Shown: piece after piece, positions 33,818-44,486 of the stretch | Numbering within the stretch: position 1 is the first letter of the stretch | Layout of the letters: each line of letters opens with the position of its first letter | DNA from: Nitrospirota bacterium | Lineage (GTDB): Bacteria; Nitrospirota; Nitrospiria; Nitrospirales; Nitrospiraceae | Assembly: GCA_963701855.1 (NCBI GenBank) | Contig: CAVPBK010000012.1 | Span: forward strand, 1 to 64,000 | Reading direction: 5' to 3' | Length of the DNA stretch: 64,000 nucleotides | Position numbers and translations under genes: made by a program | Notes under the pieces: generated by a model | What the model saw: the letters and a program-made list of their open reading frames with translations, nothing else | Databases searched by the model: none | What the model was told of the DNA's origin: nothing

Positions 33818-34036
33818 AATGGGATGGACAGAATGTCCGTCGCCGGACAACCTGTTCCCCCTGACATGGCATGACCACACCCTGTCTCGCCTCTGAACAT
33901 CTCTCTAACCGCCTGACAGTTTTGCGACTATTCATGATTGCGCCTGGAGCCTAACGTGGTGGCAGGCGATTTGCTGTTAACCCAACTTTCCAATTGCACG
34001 CGTTCTTACCCAATCGGATGAAAGGAGGATCGCCGC

Positions 34037-34600
34037 ATGCCTACTCTAGGATACATAGTCATTGCGATCTGTTTAGTCATGCTTCTGGGGTACGGGTATC
34101 TTCTTGTCCAGGTATTTCCGATTCTCCTGAAGACCAATGATGAGGCCGTGCAAGACGGCGCGATGGTGACGGCGCAGTTGCACATCACGCCGCAGGATAA
34201 CCTCACCACGACCTACAGCGAGACCGAGCAATTCATCCAAGGCCAGCATATTACCCGCCCCGCGATCGAGCAGCAGGTGGCCGGCATGCACCCGGGAGAG
34301 AGGAAAACATTTTCTCTGTCGGCGGAAGAAGGTTTTGGCCCCTACGATGAGACAAAACTTCAGAGTATCTCGATAGAACAATTGCCGCGTGAAGCCCGGG
34401 AAGGTGACATTATAGAAATTATAAATGATGACGCCGGTAAGGCCGGTAAGAGTGCCACGATCGTGAGTATCCTGCCGGAGAAGGCTGTGCTTGATCTCAA
34501 CCATCCCCTGGCTGGGAAACCGCTGAATGTCACGCTGGAGATCGTGAAGATTGAGAATCCAGATGAGAAGGCACAATCCCCTAACCGCTCCGCCAGGTGA
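34037..34600 (+). CDS. FKBP-type peptidyl-prolyl isomerase with N-terminal TM
   Basis: GMHPGERKTFSLSAEEGFGPYD, LDLNHPLAGK; paralogue of 27116. Confidence 0.9.
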   Translation: MPTLGYIVIAICLVMLLGYGYLLVQVFPILLKTNDEAVQDGAMVTAQLHITPQDNLTTTYSETEQFIQGQHITRPAIEQQVAGMHPGERKTFSLSAEEGFGPYDETKLQSISIEQLPREAREGDIIEIINDDAGKAGKSATIVSILPEKAVLDLNHPLAGKPLNVTLEIVKIENPDEKAQSPNRSAR

Positions 34601-34629
34601 TGGTTGTATATCCTTAGGCGATGGACAAG

Positions 34630-35899
34630 TTAGATGGTTACGACCGGAAGTTCATTCCAATCAGTGGTGTAGGCGGGGGAACGCCGGTGAAACTGAGTCT
34701 TCCACGCCTTGGTGATACCGCTTGACGCATAGTGGAGGGTGCCAGCTCCCCACCGATTATTGATAGAATCGAGTGCGGACATGAGCCGCTTGGACTTCCG
34801 CCGGTCCTGGGAGTCGAACAGATCGGCCTGTGATTGACTGGCTGGAACAAGACCCGTCAGCATCACTCCCGCCTTCTTGTAGAGGTACCCGTCTCGATAA
34901 ATCGTCCGTATCCCCTGAAGCGCACACCTGATTAGCTCCGAGGTACTGTCAGTCACAACAGGCAGGTTTAGTGTTAGGGAGTTACTGTATTGTGGTCCTT
35001 CTCTGAACTCGTTTGTGGTGAGGCACACCGTCAACACCGTCGCGGCCAGTCGCTTCGCCTCTCAGTTTCTCCGCTACCCTCGATGTATAGACCGATACCG
35101 CCTCTTCCATTTCTGCAAGAGTGTTGATGAGCGTCCCAAAGGCGCGGGAGCAAGTGAGGGACTGCTTGGGCGAAGGACACTGTTCCAGATCCAGACAGGA
35201 TACCCCGCGCAATTCCATTACAAGACGAAGCCCCACAATTCCCATACGCTTCCTTATCCACTGGTCATCGACCCCGCGTAACTGGAAGGCAGTGGTGATG
35301 CCGTGTTGCTTCAACATGTGGGCATGGTTCCGTCCTATTCCCCACACGTCTTCCACGGCAACCCTGCCTAGCAATGCGTCTCGGTCCGGACAGGCGAGCA
35401 AGTCAAACACTCCTCCTGTATCAAGCGTCCGCTTTGCTATGCAGTTGGCAATCTTTGCGAGAGTCTTCGTCTCTGCAATACCGACTGAAACGGGAATGCC
35501 TGTCCATTGCTTCACGGTTCGACGTATTTGTCGCCCGTACTCGGTGAGATCACGTCTCTCAAAACCCACCAAACTCAAGAAGGCTTCGTCGATGGAATAG
35601 ACTTCGAGGTCTGAACAGAACTGTTCCAAGGTCTCCATGACACGTTGCGACATATCGCCGTAGAGCGTGTAGTTACTGGAGAACACATGGACTTGGTGTG
35701 CATGGAGCACCGGCGAGACCTGAAACTCAGGGACCCCCATCCCGATGCCTAACGCTTTCGCTTCGTTGGAGCGAGCGACTACGCAGCCGTCATTGTTAGA
35801 GAGGACGACAATTGGCAGACCGTTAAGCTTGGGGTTGAAGACCCGTTCGCATGAAGCATAGAAGTTGTTGCAATCGACAAGGGCAAAGATGGGAGGCAT
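34630..35899 (-). pseudogene. umuC: Y-family DNA polymerase V subunit, frameshifted near 35055
   Basis: LVDCNNFYASCE, SIDEAF; C-terminal YKKAGV...SPAYTTDW lies in a second frame. Confidence 0.9.
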
Positions 35900-35905
35900 T
35901 GGAAC

Positions 35906-36331
35906 TCAGAGGGCGTGAATGACGTTGGTGACAACTCCCCAGATTTCAAAGGACTGTTGAGCCTGAATCTCGATAGGGTGATAGTCCTTGTTAGCGGGGA
36001 GGAGGCGCAAGGCCTTGTCCCGCTGATAGAGCCGCTTGACTGTCAATTCTCCATCGAGTGCCGCCACGACCACATTACCGTCTACCGCTTCGAGTGACCG
36101 ATCCACGATGAGCAAGTCCCCTGAATGAATCCCCGCGCCGGTCATCGAGTCACCAGACACCCGCACAAAGAACGTGGCGGCGGGGTGTTTAATCAAGTGC
36201 CGGTTGAGATCGAGCTTGCCTTCGATATAGTCGTCAGCGGGAGAGGGAAAGCCTGCGGGGAGTCGGCCAAGGAACACCGGCAAGGCGTATCGCGTCGAGA
36301 GATCGGGGGCGTAGACAGTATCGACATTCAT
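35906..36331 (-). CDS. umuD: DNA polymerase V accessory subunit / S24 peptidase
   Basis: AGFPSPADDY, GDSM, TVKRL. Confidence 0.92.
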   Translation of the reverse strand: MNVDTVYAPDLSTRYALPVFLGRLPAGFPSPADDYIEGKLDLNRHLIKHPAATFFVRVSGDSMTGAGIHSGDLLIVDRSLEAVDGNVVVAALDGELTVKRLYQRDKALRLLPANKDYHPIEIQAQQSFEIWGVVTNVIHAL

Positions 36332-36341
36332 AGGCGGTAGT

Positions 36342-37034
36342 CTAGCCCCATATCGAGACAGGCTCAAGACACTGTGGCGCGTCGTGGCGCGGGTTGTTAA
36401 CGAGGGTGCTCACAGGGTAGGCCATGAGTTCCTCGCTCGGATAAGGACGTAGGAAAGTATTGAGCGATTCTACTTGCAGGAAAGTCGGGTCAAGCCATTG
36501 GTCGTAGGACGTGGGAGCGAGAATCACCGGCATCCGGTTATGAATTGGCTGCATCAGTTCATTCGGCTCTGTCGTGATGATCGTACAGGTCTCAAGGGGT
36601 TGCCCTTCAGGAGGCGTCCAGTGCTCCCATAGCCCAGCAAAGGCGAAGGGCTGCTTGCTCCGTAGTCCAACCCACATTGGCTGCTTACGTGCGCCTTGCA
36701 CCTGCCATTCATAGAACCCCGTGGCAATCACCAGACACCGACGTTTCTTGAAGGCAGACCGAAAGGACGGTTTCTCCGCCACGGTCTCGGCTTTGGCGTT
36801 AATGCACTGATGCCCAATCTTGGGGTCTTTGGCCCAGGACGGGATCAACCCCCACCGAAGCATGACGAGTCTGCGCGTCGTGGTATCAGGCTCAATTCGT
36901 ATGGCTGCGACGGGTTGAGACGGCGCGATGTTGTAACGGGGTGCGAACAAAGGCGGATCGGTGAGTTCAAACTGTTGGGCAATCACCTCAGACGAGGCAG
37001 TTTGGCTAAAATGTCCACACCTGCTCTTGTACAT
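36342..37034 (-). CDS. SOS response-associated peptidase (SRAP/YedK/HMCES family)
   Basis: CGHF, RYNIAPSQ, WGLIPSW, GFYEW, IHNRMPVIL; start anomalous (see findings). Confidence 0.92.
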   Translation of the reverse strand: MYKSRCGHFSQTASSEVIAQQFELTDPPLFAPRYNIAPSQPVAAIRIEPDTTTRRLVMLRWGLIPSWAKDPKIGHQCINAKAETVAEKPSFRSAFKKRRCLVIATGFYEWQVQGARKQPMWVGLRSKQPFAFAGLWEHWTPPEGQPLETCTIITTEPNELMQPIHNRMPVILAPTSYDQWLDPTFLQVESLNTFLRPYPSEELMAYPVSTLVNNPRHDAPQCLEPVSIWG

Positions 37035-37037
37035 TGT

Positions 37038-37066
37038 ACGCTAGGCCGTCCATGGGGAGGTGTCAA
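37038..37066 (-). promoter_or_regulatory. Putative sigma70 promoter for SRAP-umuDC
   Basis: TTGACA-17nt-TAGCGT; related promoter at 40976-41004. Confidence 0.55.
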
Positions 37067-37075
37067 GGCGAGAAA

Positions 37076-37413
37076 CTAGCGTGTGCGATTGAGCGGCTCG
37101 AATGGCGTGTTGGGATTAAACCGATTCGCCGGGTTCAACGGATTCTGCGGGTTGTATTGATTAGCGGGATTGAACGGATTGTTGGGGCTATACCGATTCG
37201 CTGGATTCACTGGGTTCCCGGGATCATAGCGGTTTGCAGGGTTAAAGGGATTGTCAGGCGCATAGGTCGTGCTGGGTTCAGCGGGTTGTCCGGCGCATAC
37301 TTACTAGCCGGATTGAAGATGTTGTAGTCGCGCTCGTATTTCTCGTCAAACCCAGGATCGGCGAATGCGGGGGTGGCGAAGAGGAGTGAGCAGAAAAACA
37401 AGATCACCTCCAT
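37076..37413 (-). pseudogene. Exported Asn/Pro repeat protein, frameshifted
   Basis: Signal peptide then 13-aa NPANxYxPxNPx-type repeats; frameshift near 37265. Confidence 0.75.
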
Positions 37414-37515
37414 GGTGATACTCCTGGAGCGTACAATCAGAAGATTTAGCCTATTCCCCGCCTGGAGACGAGCGCAAGCGAGAAGGAACAGTTCCTGCCC
37501 CCTTCTTCTCTTCCC

Positions 37516-38493
37516 TCAACGAGTGTGAGCTGTTCGCACCACGACGAGTTTATCCGTTCCGGATTCTGCACCCCATACTTCGCCCGACCGCCCGAGAATT
37601 TGTCGAACATTAGCCCCGGGACTCGGAAACGAGAAGACCTCAAAGGTTTCTTGGGCCGGATCAAACTGCACCAGCGCGTTTGCCCCGAAGTCGCTCAGCC
37701 ACACTCGGTCCTGGTCATCCACGTACACGGCATACACCCCTGGGTTCTGACCTGGCAGGCGCCATTCGCGCCATTGCCCATTGCCGGGGTCATACATCGC
37801 CACCTGTCCCGTATTCCATTCGCTGACCCAGATGTGGCTGTGGCTGTCCGCCCAAACCCGACGAGCTCCTTGGCCTCTGGTGGGCGGTTCGAGGACCGTG
37901 GCCGCTCCGGTGTCTGGATCCACTCGTGCGATATAACTGCCCGCGAGCGATGCGTAATACACCATGCCATCAGGCGCTGTGGTGATGCCATACGGGCCCG
38001 TGCCCCGTGGTGCATCGAAGACCTGCACGCGATGGTTTTTCAGGTCCATGCTCCCGTAGATACCACCCTGTCCAGTGAACCAGAGCACCCTCCGACGATC
38101 GAAGGTGGCGGTATTGAGGTTGGTTCCTTCACGGCCTTTCGGCAGCGGAAAGACGTGTACTTCGTCCGTCTTCGGGTCCACTCGCACGATGGCATTCAGG
38201 CCACCGTCTGTGATCCAAGGCGCGCCGTCGGGTCCCACAATCACACCATGAGGCCGCGAGCCCTGGCCCAGCATAATATGACGCGTTTCCCCCGTGGTTG
38301 GATCGAGCCGGCCCAGCTCTCCGGTGGCCTGTGCCGTATACCACACCGTGCCATCCGGGGCTGGAGCAACATCATGCGGGCGCGACCCGGCAGGCACCGG
38401 GTATTCCTGAAGCGTCGTGGTCTTTCCAACAACATGAGGAACGTCAACAACACAGAGGACCACCGCCAGGCTCCAGAGCAGAAGATTCCGCAT
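37516..38493 (-). CDS. Virginiamycin B lyase (Vgb)-like beta-propeller, exported
   Basis: Repeated PHDVAPAPDGTVWYT / PHGVIVGPDGAPWIT / PYGITTAPDG blades. Confidence 0.88.
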   Translation of the reverse strand: MRNLLLWSLAVVLCVVDVPHVVGKTTTLQEYPVPAGSRPHDVAPAPDGTVWYTAQATGELGRLDPTTGETRHIMLGQGSRPHGVIVGPDGAPWITDGGLNAIVRVDPKTDEVHVFPLPKGREGTNLNTATFDRRRVLWFTGQGGIYGSMDLKNHRVQVFDAPRGTGPYGITTAPDGMVYYASLAGSYIARVDPDTGAATVLEPPTRGQGARRVWADSHSHIWVSEWNTGQVAMYDPGNGQWREWRLPGQNPGVYAVYVDDQDRVWLSDFGANALVQFDPAQETFEVFSFPSPGANVRQILGRSGEVWGAESGTDKLVVVRTAHTR

Positions 38494-38580
38494 GCGATTC
38501 GCCTTCCTTTCGGAATCACCCCGATGCACGATGGCAGGATCTCGCGGAGCGTACGAGTATCGGGAGGGCGCTGAGGCACA

Positions 38581-39462
38581 TTAGGCGATACCGTATTGTT
38601 TAAACCAGTTCTGCAATCGCCTCCACCCATCCTCCGCCTGTTCCTTTCTGTAGCTAGGCCGATAGTCCGCATAGAATCCATGCGGGGTATGAGGATAGAC
38701 CACGATCCGAGAGGGGCTTCCCACTGTTTGCAACGCGTGCCGCATCTGCTCGACGGTGTCGAGCGGGATTCCGCGATCGTCCGCGCCATAGAGCCCCAAC
38801 ACCGGGGCTTTGAGGGATGACGCCTCGTCGAGGGGGTGGGTCGGTTGCAGGGCGCTGGGTGTGCCAACAAGCCGCCCATACCAGGCCACCCCTGCCTTCA
38901 GTGTGGGATTGTGTGCCGCATACAGCCACACAATTCTTCCTCCCCAACAGAAGCCCGTGATGCCGAGTTTCTCGACGTTCCCTTCCCCTGACTCGGTGGC
39001 CCACGCCACGGCGGCATCGAGATCGGCCAATACCTGCGCATCCGGCACTTGTGAGACCACCTTGGCGATAATCTCATCGATGTTGGACAGCGTCGAGACA
39101 TCACCATGGCGAGCATAGAGCTCAGGCGCGATCGCCAGATAGCCTAGCTTGGCGAATCGACGACAGATGTCCTTGATGTGTTCATGGACTCCGAATATTT
39201 CTTGTACCACGAGCACAACCGGCAGCGCGGTTCCTAGCTCGGGTCTCGCGCGATAGGCTGGAATGTAACCATCGCGGGTGCGGATCTTGATCTCCCCAGC
39301 CGTCAGCCCAATCTGGTCTGTCGTGAAGGTCTCGGCCGAGACCGGCCGCACGGCTAAGGCGAAACCTGCAGCCAGCGTCGCCATCACCAGGCCGCGACGC
39401 GTGATGGTTGCCGCTACGATGGAGTGGGGGGAGTGTCCGAGACTCCGGTCGTGATCTGCCAT
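38581..39462 (-). CDS. Dienelactone hydrolase family protein with Tat-like signal
   Basis: TRRGL, QEIFG, GFCWGG, HGF. Confidence 0.93.
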   Translation of the reverse strand: MADHDRSLGHSPHSIVAATITRRGLVMATLAAGFALAVRPVSAETFTTDQIGLTAGEIKIRTRDGYIPAYRARPELGTALPVVLVVQEIFGVHEHIKDICRRFAKLGYLAIAPELYARHGDVSTLSNIDEIIAKVVSQVPDAQVLADLDAAVAWATESGEGNVEKLGITGFCWGGRIVWLYAAHNPTLKAGVAWYGRLVGTPSALQPTHPLDEASSLKAPVLGLYGADDRGIPLDTVEQMRHALQTVGSPSRIVVYPHTPHGFYADYRPSYRKEQAEDGWRRLQNWFKQYGIA

Positions 39463-39489
39463 GTCCCTTGCGTCGCCTCGTGGTGAAGA

Positions 39490-39804
39490 TTGACCGGCCT
39501 CTGGAGACCTACACCATGTCCAGGTGATTCCTCATCTGCGCACAACTTCAGCACTCACGAAGACACGCTGCCCATTCGGCACACCGATCGTCAGCGAACA
39601 TATCTTCCCATCAGGCGGCGGCACATCGCCGAAGAGCCGCCAACCGAAAAGGAAGAGATTCCAGACGATGCCGTGGCCCCTCAGACAGCCCTGTACGAAA
39701 GGTCACGGGACAACACACAGGAACACCACGGTAGGGACGAATCGAACAGGGCATAGGAGCCTCGTATGGTGGCCCAGTTTAGGAGGGTGAGGATCAAACC
39801 GCAA
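39490..39804 (-). pseudogene. PilZ-domain pseudogene with promoter module (copy 5)
   Basis: TTGCGG-17nt-TAAACT; MPCSIRPYRGVPVCCP then frameshifted EGHGIVWNL..GWRLFGDVP...CSLTIGVPNGQRVFV. Confidence 0.75.
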
Positions 39805-39995
39805 GACGGGGAACTGAGAAATGGTTGTTTTGAACCACGTTCAGGATAGTAATGCCGCTGAGGCGGATGCGTTCAAGGTGGTGGTTGTGCAGGACTTCGA
39901 GGAGCTGGCCATCGGAAATGTTGGCGGCGAGGTCGGTGGGGCGAGGAGTTTAGGTCCATTGCTCTCCTGGTCGTTTTTCTGCAGTGTCGGCACCC

Positions 39996-40922
39996 TCACA
40001 TCCCCCCTCGTTCAGCTCGGGGGATGGTGAGTTTCGCCTCAATAAACTCTCGATGTGCCAGCTTCAGGCTTTTCGCGATGAATAGAATCATCTTAATTTC
40101 CTCAGAAGACGTGGTCTGCGCCGCGTTGGCCACCTGAAATAAGACGCGCACGAAATCATTCCGTTCTTGGCGCGTGGTCTGATCAAAGAAATTCCTGGCC
40201 AGGCGAACGACATCCAATCCTTTGACCGCTTGCGAACACCCAATCTCGGTTACCAGATGGGCCTCAAGATCTGAAAGGGCCCAGCCTTCTTTCAGGGCCT
40301 GGGTCATTGTGCGCTTCTCTTCTGGCGCGACCTCGCGATCCGCCCATGCCACATGCGCCATCAGCCCAGCGGCTAAGCATAGCTTGCGGATCTGGGCATC
40401 GGGCAGGGTGACCTGCTGCCCGCGCTTTTCCAACTCGGTGACGAGATGGTAATACACGCGGTTTTTAATGAAATCATCTAACCGCTCTTCTCTACTGAGT
40501 TCAGCCCCAACTTTGCTTCGCCGTTTCCCCATCGCGCCGTGAATGGTTTTGGTGAGGTGTGCCAGTAGCCCGGTTGAGGCACCCTCCACATCGTGTTTGA
40601 CCTGCGCGAGGGCCGTGGCTTCTGCGGGCGTCAACGCACCATCCGCTTCTACCAGCCTCGTGACGGTGTCGATGACCAACTGCTTCTCTTCTGTCCAGCG
40701 AATGGCGCTGACCACCCGTTTCAGCAGTTCCTCCCGTTCCTCAGGAGTGACCGGCGAATCCATGTATATCTCAAGTTGTTGCCAATCCTCTCCGGTCAGG
40801 TCGGGAATTACAAAGAGCAGATCTTTGACGGCATTGCGTTCCTCATGGACAAGCGTTCCATCTGCCCAGGCGACCGCAATGACCAGTTTTGCGAGATCTA
40901 AAACAAATTGCTTCTCCGCCAT
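39996..40922 (-). CDS. TerB-family protein (tandem TerB-like domains)
   Basis: AVAWADG...EE motifs twice (AVAWADGT, HVAWADRE). Confidence 0.8.
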   Translation of the reverse strand: MAEKQFVLDLAKLVIAVAWADGTLVHEERNAVKDLLFVIPDLTGEDWQQLEIYMDSPVTPEEREELLKRVVSAIRWTEEKQLVIDTVTRLVEADGALTPAEATALAQVKHDVEGASTGLLAHLTKTIHGAMGKRRSKVGAELSREERLDDFIKNRVYYHLVTELEKRGQQVTLPDAQIRKLCLAAGLMAHVAWADREVAPEEKRTMTQALKEGWALSDLEAHLVTEIGCSQAVKGLDVVRLARNFFDQTTRQERNDFVRVLFQVANAAQTTSSEEIKMILFIAKSLKLAHREFIEAKLTIPRAERGGM

Positions 40923-41044
40923 CCGGCCCTCGGTTGCTTCGTGAAATCATCAGCGACAGATTATGATTCGGACCAAGGCTAGACGGCTCGTAAGGAGGTG
41001 TCAAGGCGGGTCGTCCAGGACCGTTGGTGGCTTTCTGCCTCTCC

Positions 41045-41169
41045 CTGCCGCCACTCCCACGGCGGCACCGGCTGCGGATCGGCCTACAATTCTCTCCTGG
41101 CTTCTCGCTCCTCCTTCTCCAACCCTTCCAGCACCGTATCCCCTGGCGCATACTTCCGATACCTCCAGC
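41045..41169 (-). pseudogene. Thermonuclease 3' remnant
   Basis: WRYRKYAPGDTVLEGLEKEEREARREL*ADPQPVPPWEWRQ. Confidence 0.9.
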
Positions 41170-41199
41170 GGGAATGAGACCATAATGGCTCTCTCTGAG

Positions 41200-42310
41200 T
41201 CATGAGTTCAATTCCAACTCTACCGTTGCTGTAGCGAAGGAGTACTCCAGTCGAGAGAGACAATCAGGCCTACGCTTGGTATCTTCCGTGCCGATACCAC
41301 TTCGAAAACGCGCCACGAGATGTTCTCTGGCTGAATTAGACTGGGCTTCCCACCAACTCGGACGAAAATATGTATTCTCTAAATGCTCACATGCGAGATG
41401 AAATGCGGCGTTTGCCATGGTGCCCTTGGGCAGCGCTCTAAATGAGTCAATAAAGAGTTCTGTGGGACCCTGAGACCTACCTGTCCAGCCTAGAACTGCG
41501 ATGGATTTCCCACCGACCACTGTGAGGTTAAAGCTAACGTGTTCAAACTCGCTCTCTCCTCGCGTGATGATTTGTAGTGCGTTACCATTGAAATCAAATT
41601 GAGGGTGAAAAGCCCCACAGGCGACTATGGGTAGGGCGCTTGAGAACATTACGCTATAAAACGAAAAATCATCGAAATTTCCGTTTAGGAATGCTGCATC
41701 ATACTTGCCCTTCCAGCCGTCAAGATCCCTAATGCCCCGTTTAATACCTTCACGAATGAGATGCAAAGATTGCTGCTTTGCGCACTGCATTTCAAATGGA
41801 TCGCCTTTATCTGCTTGCCTCTGAACTTCTATCGCGCGTAGCGCCGCGTCCTTCATGAGCCTTTCGTAACATATTGCTCTAAAGGAAAGCAGGAATGCAG
41901 CCTGTTTGTCCAAAGTGATTGAGGATTTTTCAATTGGTGAGAACAGTTCATCGTCATGAGCACCACAGAACCCCGTGAAGGTGGACGCATCCTTCACACC
42001 GCACAGACACGGAACAATTTTGCCGTCGTTCTTCACAATATTCTGAAAGCCGAGCTTAGGAGAAAGAACATGGCCCTCCTCCGCAATAGCCGCCAAGCCG
42101 CCCTTGCGTTGCACAGTATGCGCGCGAATGATGTTTTGGCTACAAGTCGCTGCGCTGGCTTGTGGGTGTAGACAGTAGCCTCGTGACATCTCCGCTCGTT
42201 GATCCGCTATCAGTTTTCCGATGGGATAGGCTTCTGATACTCGCGATCACGATGACATTTTTCCATTTCTTGCCCGATCCGCACCAGCAAAGGACATTGA
42301 CGGGCATTTG
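41200..42310 (-). pseudogene. SEC-C motif hypothetical protein, N-terminus frameshifted
   Basis: CWCGSGKKWK at about 42270-42290 is out of frame with the 329-aa body (CLHP...IIRAHTVQ...FTGFCGAHD). Confidence 0.7.
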
Positions 42311-42420
42311 CATGCGGGGTTGCAGCAACATCGACGGGTTGAAATTTGCAATCAGGGATGGATGCACAGCTTTGATTTTCCTGTTAGCGTCTGGGTTCAG
42401 TGGGTCTCCGGAACAAAGGG

Positions 42421-42599
42421 TTAGGCTCTTGCAGGAGGCTGCTCGAGATGAAACTCGGTGATAATGTCGTAGCGGTCTTGCTTCATGCAGAGACCCTTCC
42501 GATTGAGCGCTTCCACAATCGCGGCAATCTCCCACATGTGTTGGAGACGGTCGCTTCCTCAATGCTCATGCTGTCGCGTTTGGGGTTTTGGTTACTCAT
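42421..42599 (-). pseudogene. Remnant of 'MSIEEATVSNMWEIA' small protein
   Basis: Same peptide at 47372-47415; frameshifted here. Confidence 0.6.
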
Positions 42600-42642
42600 T
42601 GTGTAACCTTGTCTACGGCGAAGGTTGCAAGTGACTGCACGA

Positions 42643-43035
42643 TCACTTCTTGCCGCAGGCAAATTCCCACAAAGTTTGACCGATACTTTCTGGCACAACT
42701 GGTTCCCACTTTTGTTCGTTCGAGTTGACCGAAACCACCGTACCGTTGCCCATATTGCCAGAGAACTGAGTGGCCGCAAGAGTCCTCGTGCGCTCTTCGG
42801 CACAACTAAATTCCCGTTGCTTTTTGGTAGACAAAAACGAGGTGTTCTCCACGGTTTGTACAGTCTTGAAATCGTTCAATTGCCACATCTTCACCAAATC
42901 CCCCTTGCGGCGCACGGTATCTGGATTGACGTAGGTAGTCATTCCAATCTGGTCGTTGCCACCAACCGCCACCCATTCTGCATACGCTGGTCCACTACTC
43001 AGCACCAGGAGTGTGATCAGGAACAGTCGTTTCAT
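42643..43035 (-). CDS. Surface-adhesin-E-like exported protein
   Basis: SSGPAYAEWV, YVNPDTVRRKGDLVKMW, terminal ACGKK; paralogue of 50508. Confidence 0.75.
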   Translation of the reverse strand: MKRLFLITLLVLSSGPAYAEWVAVGGNDQIGMTTYVNPDTVRRKGDLVKMWQLNDFKTVQTVENTSFLSTKKQREFSCAEERTRTLAATQFSGNMGNGTVVSVNSNEQKWEPVVPESIGQTLWEFACGKK

Positions 43036-43162
43036 GTGAATCCCTCTGCGGAAGGCATGGTCACGAGGCCTTGAAGGGGGAAGCGATGGTAATGGCGAAT
43101 TGAGAAGGGCATAGGGCCTCGCAGGGAAGCGCATTCTAGTCGGATGTCGGCGTGAGGAGCAA
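43032..43162 (-). promoter_or_regulatory. Repeated promoter + leader module (copy 6)
   Basis: TTGCTC-18nt-TAGAAT; leader MPFSIRHYHRFPLQGLVTMPSAEGFT* whose stop overlaps the next ATG (ATGA). Confidence 0.75.
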
Positions 43163-43277
43163 GCGAGGGCACTAGGGGATTTCACAGTGCCGTAAATATC
43201 TGCGCAACCTTAACATTTAGCTCATCCCACGGTTCCCTATATGGCTGTTATTGAAACTGTCAGCAAGGAGGATGTAA

Positions 43278-43535
43278 ATGGCTGTTGCTGCCCCGTTTAT
43301 TCCGACAAGTCATGAGATGCCCTCAGCCTCGTGGAGGGGGACGACGTTACTCCCCTGTTGTTGTGTGTGCGGACTCGTTCGAGATGAGACCAGACCCGCA
43401 CATCATTCTCAGCGTTGGGTCATGCAGGGGACGTATCGAAATTTACATGGCGTGGAGCCGTCCAATTGCCTTTTGACTCATACCTACTGTCCAGAATGTT
43501 TATTACAAGCCCAGCATGGAATCAGGGCAGCCTAG
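43278..43535 (+). CDS. Small Cys-rich hypothetical protein
   Basis: AGGAGG RBS; CCVCG...THTYCPEC. Confidence 0.65.
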   Translation: MAVAAPFIPTSHEMPSASWRGTTLLPCCCVCGLVRDETRPAHHSQRWVMQGTYRNLHGVEPSNCLLTHTYCPECLLQAQHGIRAA

Positions 43536-43789
43536 GGGCTTGCCCAGTGATTGAAAAGGAGGTAAGGAAGAATGAACACAGAGAAGAAAGAGGAGTATGT
43601 CCAGCCAGTGCTCGTGAGGCACGAGTAGCTGCGGGATATTACTGCAAAGGCTTCTGGCGTTCATCTCTCAGCGTTTAGCTTAGGCCATTCCTATGGCCAT
43701 ACCATACCATCACCATCACCATGACAGATAAGCCACTGGGAGGGTGGTCGATTCATGAGAGTCGGCTACCCACGTTTCTCCCGATGCGC

Positions 43790-43848
43790 GAGGGCACGGG
43801 GGCCTCGCAGGGAGGCCTATTCTGGAAGGGAAGCGAAGGAAGGCCCAA
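43790..43848 (-). promoter_or_regulatory. Degenerate promoter module (copy 7)
   Basis: TTGGGC-18nt-CAGAAT, CCCTGCGAGGCC, GTGCCC. Confidence 0.55.
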
Positions 43849-43900
43849 GGGCGATCCGCGAGAGAATGGACGTAGTTGATCAACGGTCGAGAACTCGTGA

Positions 43901-43947
43901 CTTCCTCCACTTCCACGGTTCCACGGCGGCAACGGCTGGGGATCAGC
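43901..43947 (-). pseudogene. Thermonuclease extreme 3' remnant
   Basis: ADPQPLPPW...PWKWRK. Confidence 0.65.
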
Positions 43948-44049
43948 TCTCTTATGTTTTCGGATCACCACTATTTTTGGTAAGTCCGCGCATCTCTTGA
44001 AGAATAGCCACGCCCCCCATTCCACTCCATCCTGCGCTACTATTATACG

Positions 44050-44436
44050 ATGGCTCAGTGGACACAACAGACCAGGGAAGATAGTCCGGGGTTTAATACG
44101 AGGTTTACTATTGACTGTGTGCTTCCGCTCGCTAGCACCCAGCTTCAAGCGGACGGGTGCGTGCTCGAAAATATAGAGGATGGACATAAGCTCATCACCC
44201 CTGAGTACCTGAGAGCAGGGGATCTTGTGAAAATCCAATTATGGTTGGAAGGTGAGGAGGCCTTTGTAGACATCCCGCTGGCGGTAGTCAGTAAGGTTCA
44301 GGCCCCTTGGATCACGGTAGGTGTGATCCGGGTGAGCCCACCTGACCAGTTAAGATTGAAACAATTTATCCAGACCCCAGCAGCCATACACATTAAAAAA
44401 CCTGCTCTCATCGACCAACTTCTCATTCGGGCATAG
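44050..44436 (+). CDS. PilZ-like hypothetical protein
   Basis: LRAGDLVKIQLWL...AVVSKV...RLKQFI pattern; PilZ motifs degenerate. Confidence 0.55.
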   Translation: MAQWTQQTREDSPGFNTRFTIDCVLPLASTQLQADGCVLENIEDGHKLITPEYLRAGDLVKIQLWLEGEEAFVDIPLAVVSKVQAPWITVGVIRVSPPDQLRLKQFIQTPAAIHIKKPALIDQLLIRA

Positions 44437-44486
44437 TTCGTCGATTGTTGTGGGGGGGTGGAATGAGCCGGCCCGTCACGCGCCGC

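Noticed and set aside
37026..37041. GTAC-N3-GTAC as a LexA box upstream of SRAP
   Set aside because: Plausible position, but I cannot match it to a known box for this lineage and saw no second copy
37516..38493. Calling the Vgb-like gene an antibiotic resistance determinant
   Set aside because: The fold is widespread and this copy is exported and paired with a dienelactone hydrolase; activity cannot be inferred
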